Shown here piece by piece: positions 63,230 through 63,293 of a DNA stretch of 63,293 nucleotides (positions within the stretch are counted from its first letter, which is position 1; each line of letters opens with the position of its first letter). The position numbers were made by a program, and so were the translations under genes. The stretch is from Thermoanaerobaculia bacterium (GTDB lineage: Bacteria > Acidobacteriota > Thermoanaerobaculia > UBA5066). The stretch spans positions 1 through 63,293 of the forward strand of contig DATKLW010000066.1 of assembly GCA_035542215.1 (NCBI GenBank). The letters run 5' to 3'. The notes beneath the pieces were generated by a model. That model was not told where the DNA came from. It searched no databases and worked only from the letters and a program-made list of their open reading frames with translations.

Positions 63230-63293
63230 CGGGGCCGGCCCGTCAGCGGCGCCGGCCGCGGACGAGCCGGACCGGCGCCGGGTAGCGCCGCGC

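Noticed and set aside
1-63293. CRISPR arrays, rRNA, tRNA, tmRNA, RNase P or other structured RNA genes
   Set aside because: There are no regularly spaced direct repeats. No intergenic region (the longest are 295, 206 and 192 nt) contains tRNA-like T-arm/anticodon architecture or rRNA-like sequence that I could recognise by eye. A covariance-model scan is still advisable.
63243-63293. Possible 3' end of another minus-strand gene at the window edge (TGA at 63245-63243)
   Set aside because: Only 16 codons are visible (…ARRYPAPVRLVRGRRR*). That is too short to distinguish from noise.

Overview
63.3-kb, very GC-rich (about 70% by eye) chromosomal segment of a diderm bacterium; a secretin, TolC and several OM beta-barrels are present. 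I support about 53 intact protein-coding genes and 2 gene remnants. Many genes are joined by 1-4 nt start/stop overlaps (ATGA/GTGA/TGATG). I found no rRNA, tRNA, CRISPR array, transposase, integrase or phage genes. Gene blocks in order: (1) minus-strand type IV pilus operon pilMNOPQ, running on into two uncharacterised lipoproteins, one an 862-aa IPT/TIG array; (2) rel (RelA/SpoT), dedA and a glutamate/dicarboxylate symporter; (3) a long minus-strand operon of OMP-tgt-yajC-[SbcD-like phosphoesterase + membrane-anchored SbcC/YhaN-like ATPase]-secD-secF; (4) an FYDLN zinc-ribbon protein and folK, convergent on a TPR-like-cysE-halogenase-like operon; (5) DUF3467, a thioredoxin-like protein, an ECF sigma/anti-sigma pair and an OPT transporter; (6) an AlkD-like protein, a radical-SAM/HhH protein, mnmA and an orphan secreted protein; (7) pterin dehydratase, then a small NHLP-clan-like protein translationally coupled to TolC-MFP-RND plus HlyD-ABC(2xNBD)-ABC2 and hemolysin III; (8) Crp/Fnr, DUF3604, an OMP and a convergent WS/DGAT; (9) nrfHA (heme 1 is CXXCH) and a CBS protein; (10) a decay scar with two gene fragments; (11) an adenylase-ACP-LbH acyltransferase-O-methyltransferase cassette, an S9 peptidase and ilvA. 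The best candidates for something undescribed are the small-protein/double-efflux locus, the membrane-anchored SbcCD-like pair inside the Sec operon, the orphan acyl-carrier cassette next to the scar, the pilus-linked lipoproteins, and a statistically odd AT-rich motif (TTCTAAGA) scattered through the window. All family assignments come from motif recognition by eye and need HMM/BLAST confirmation.
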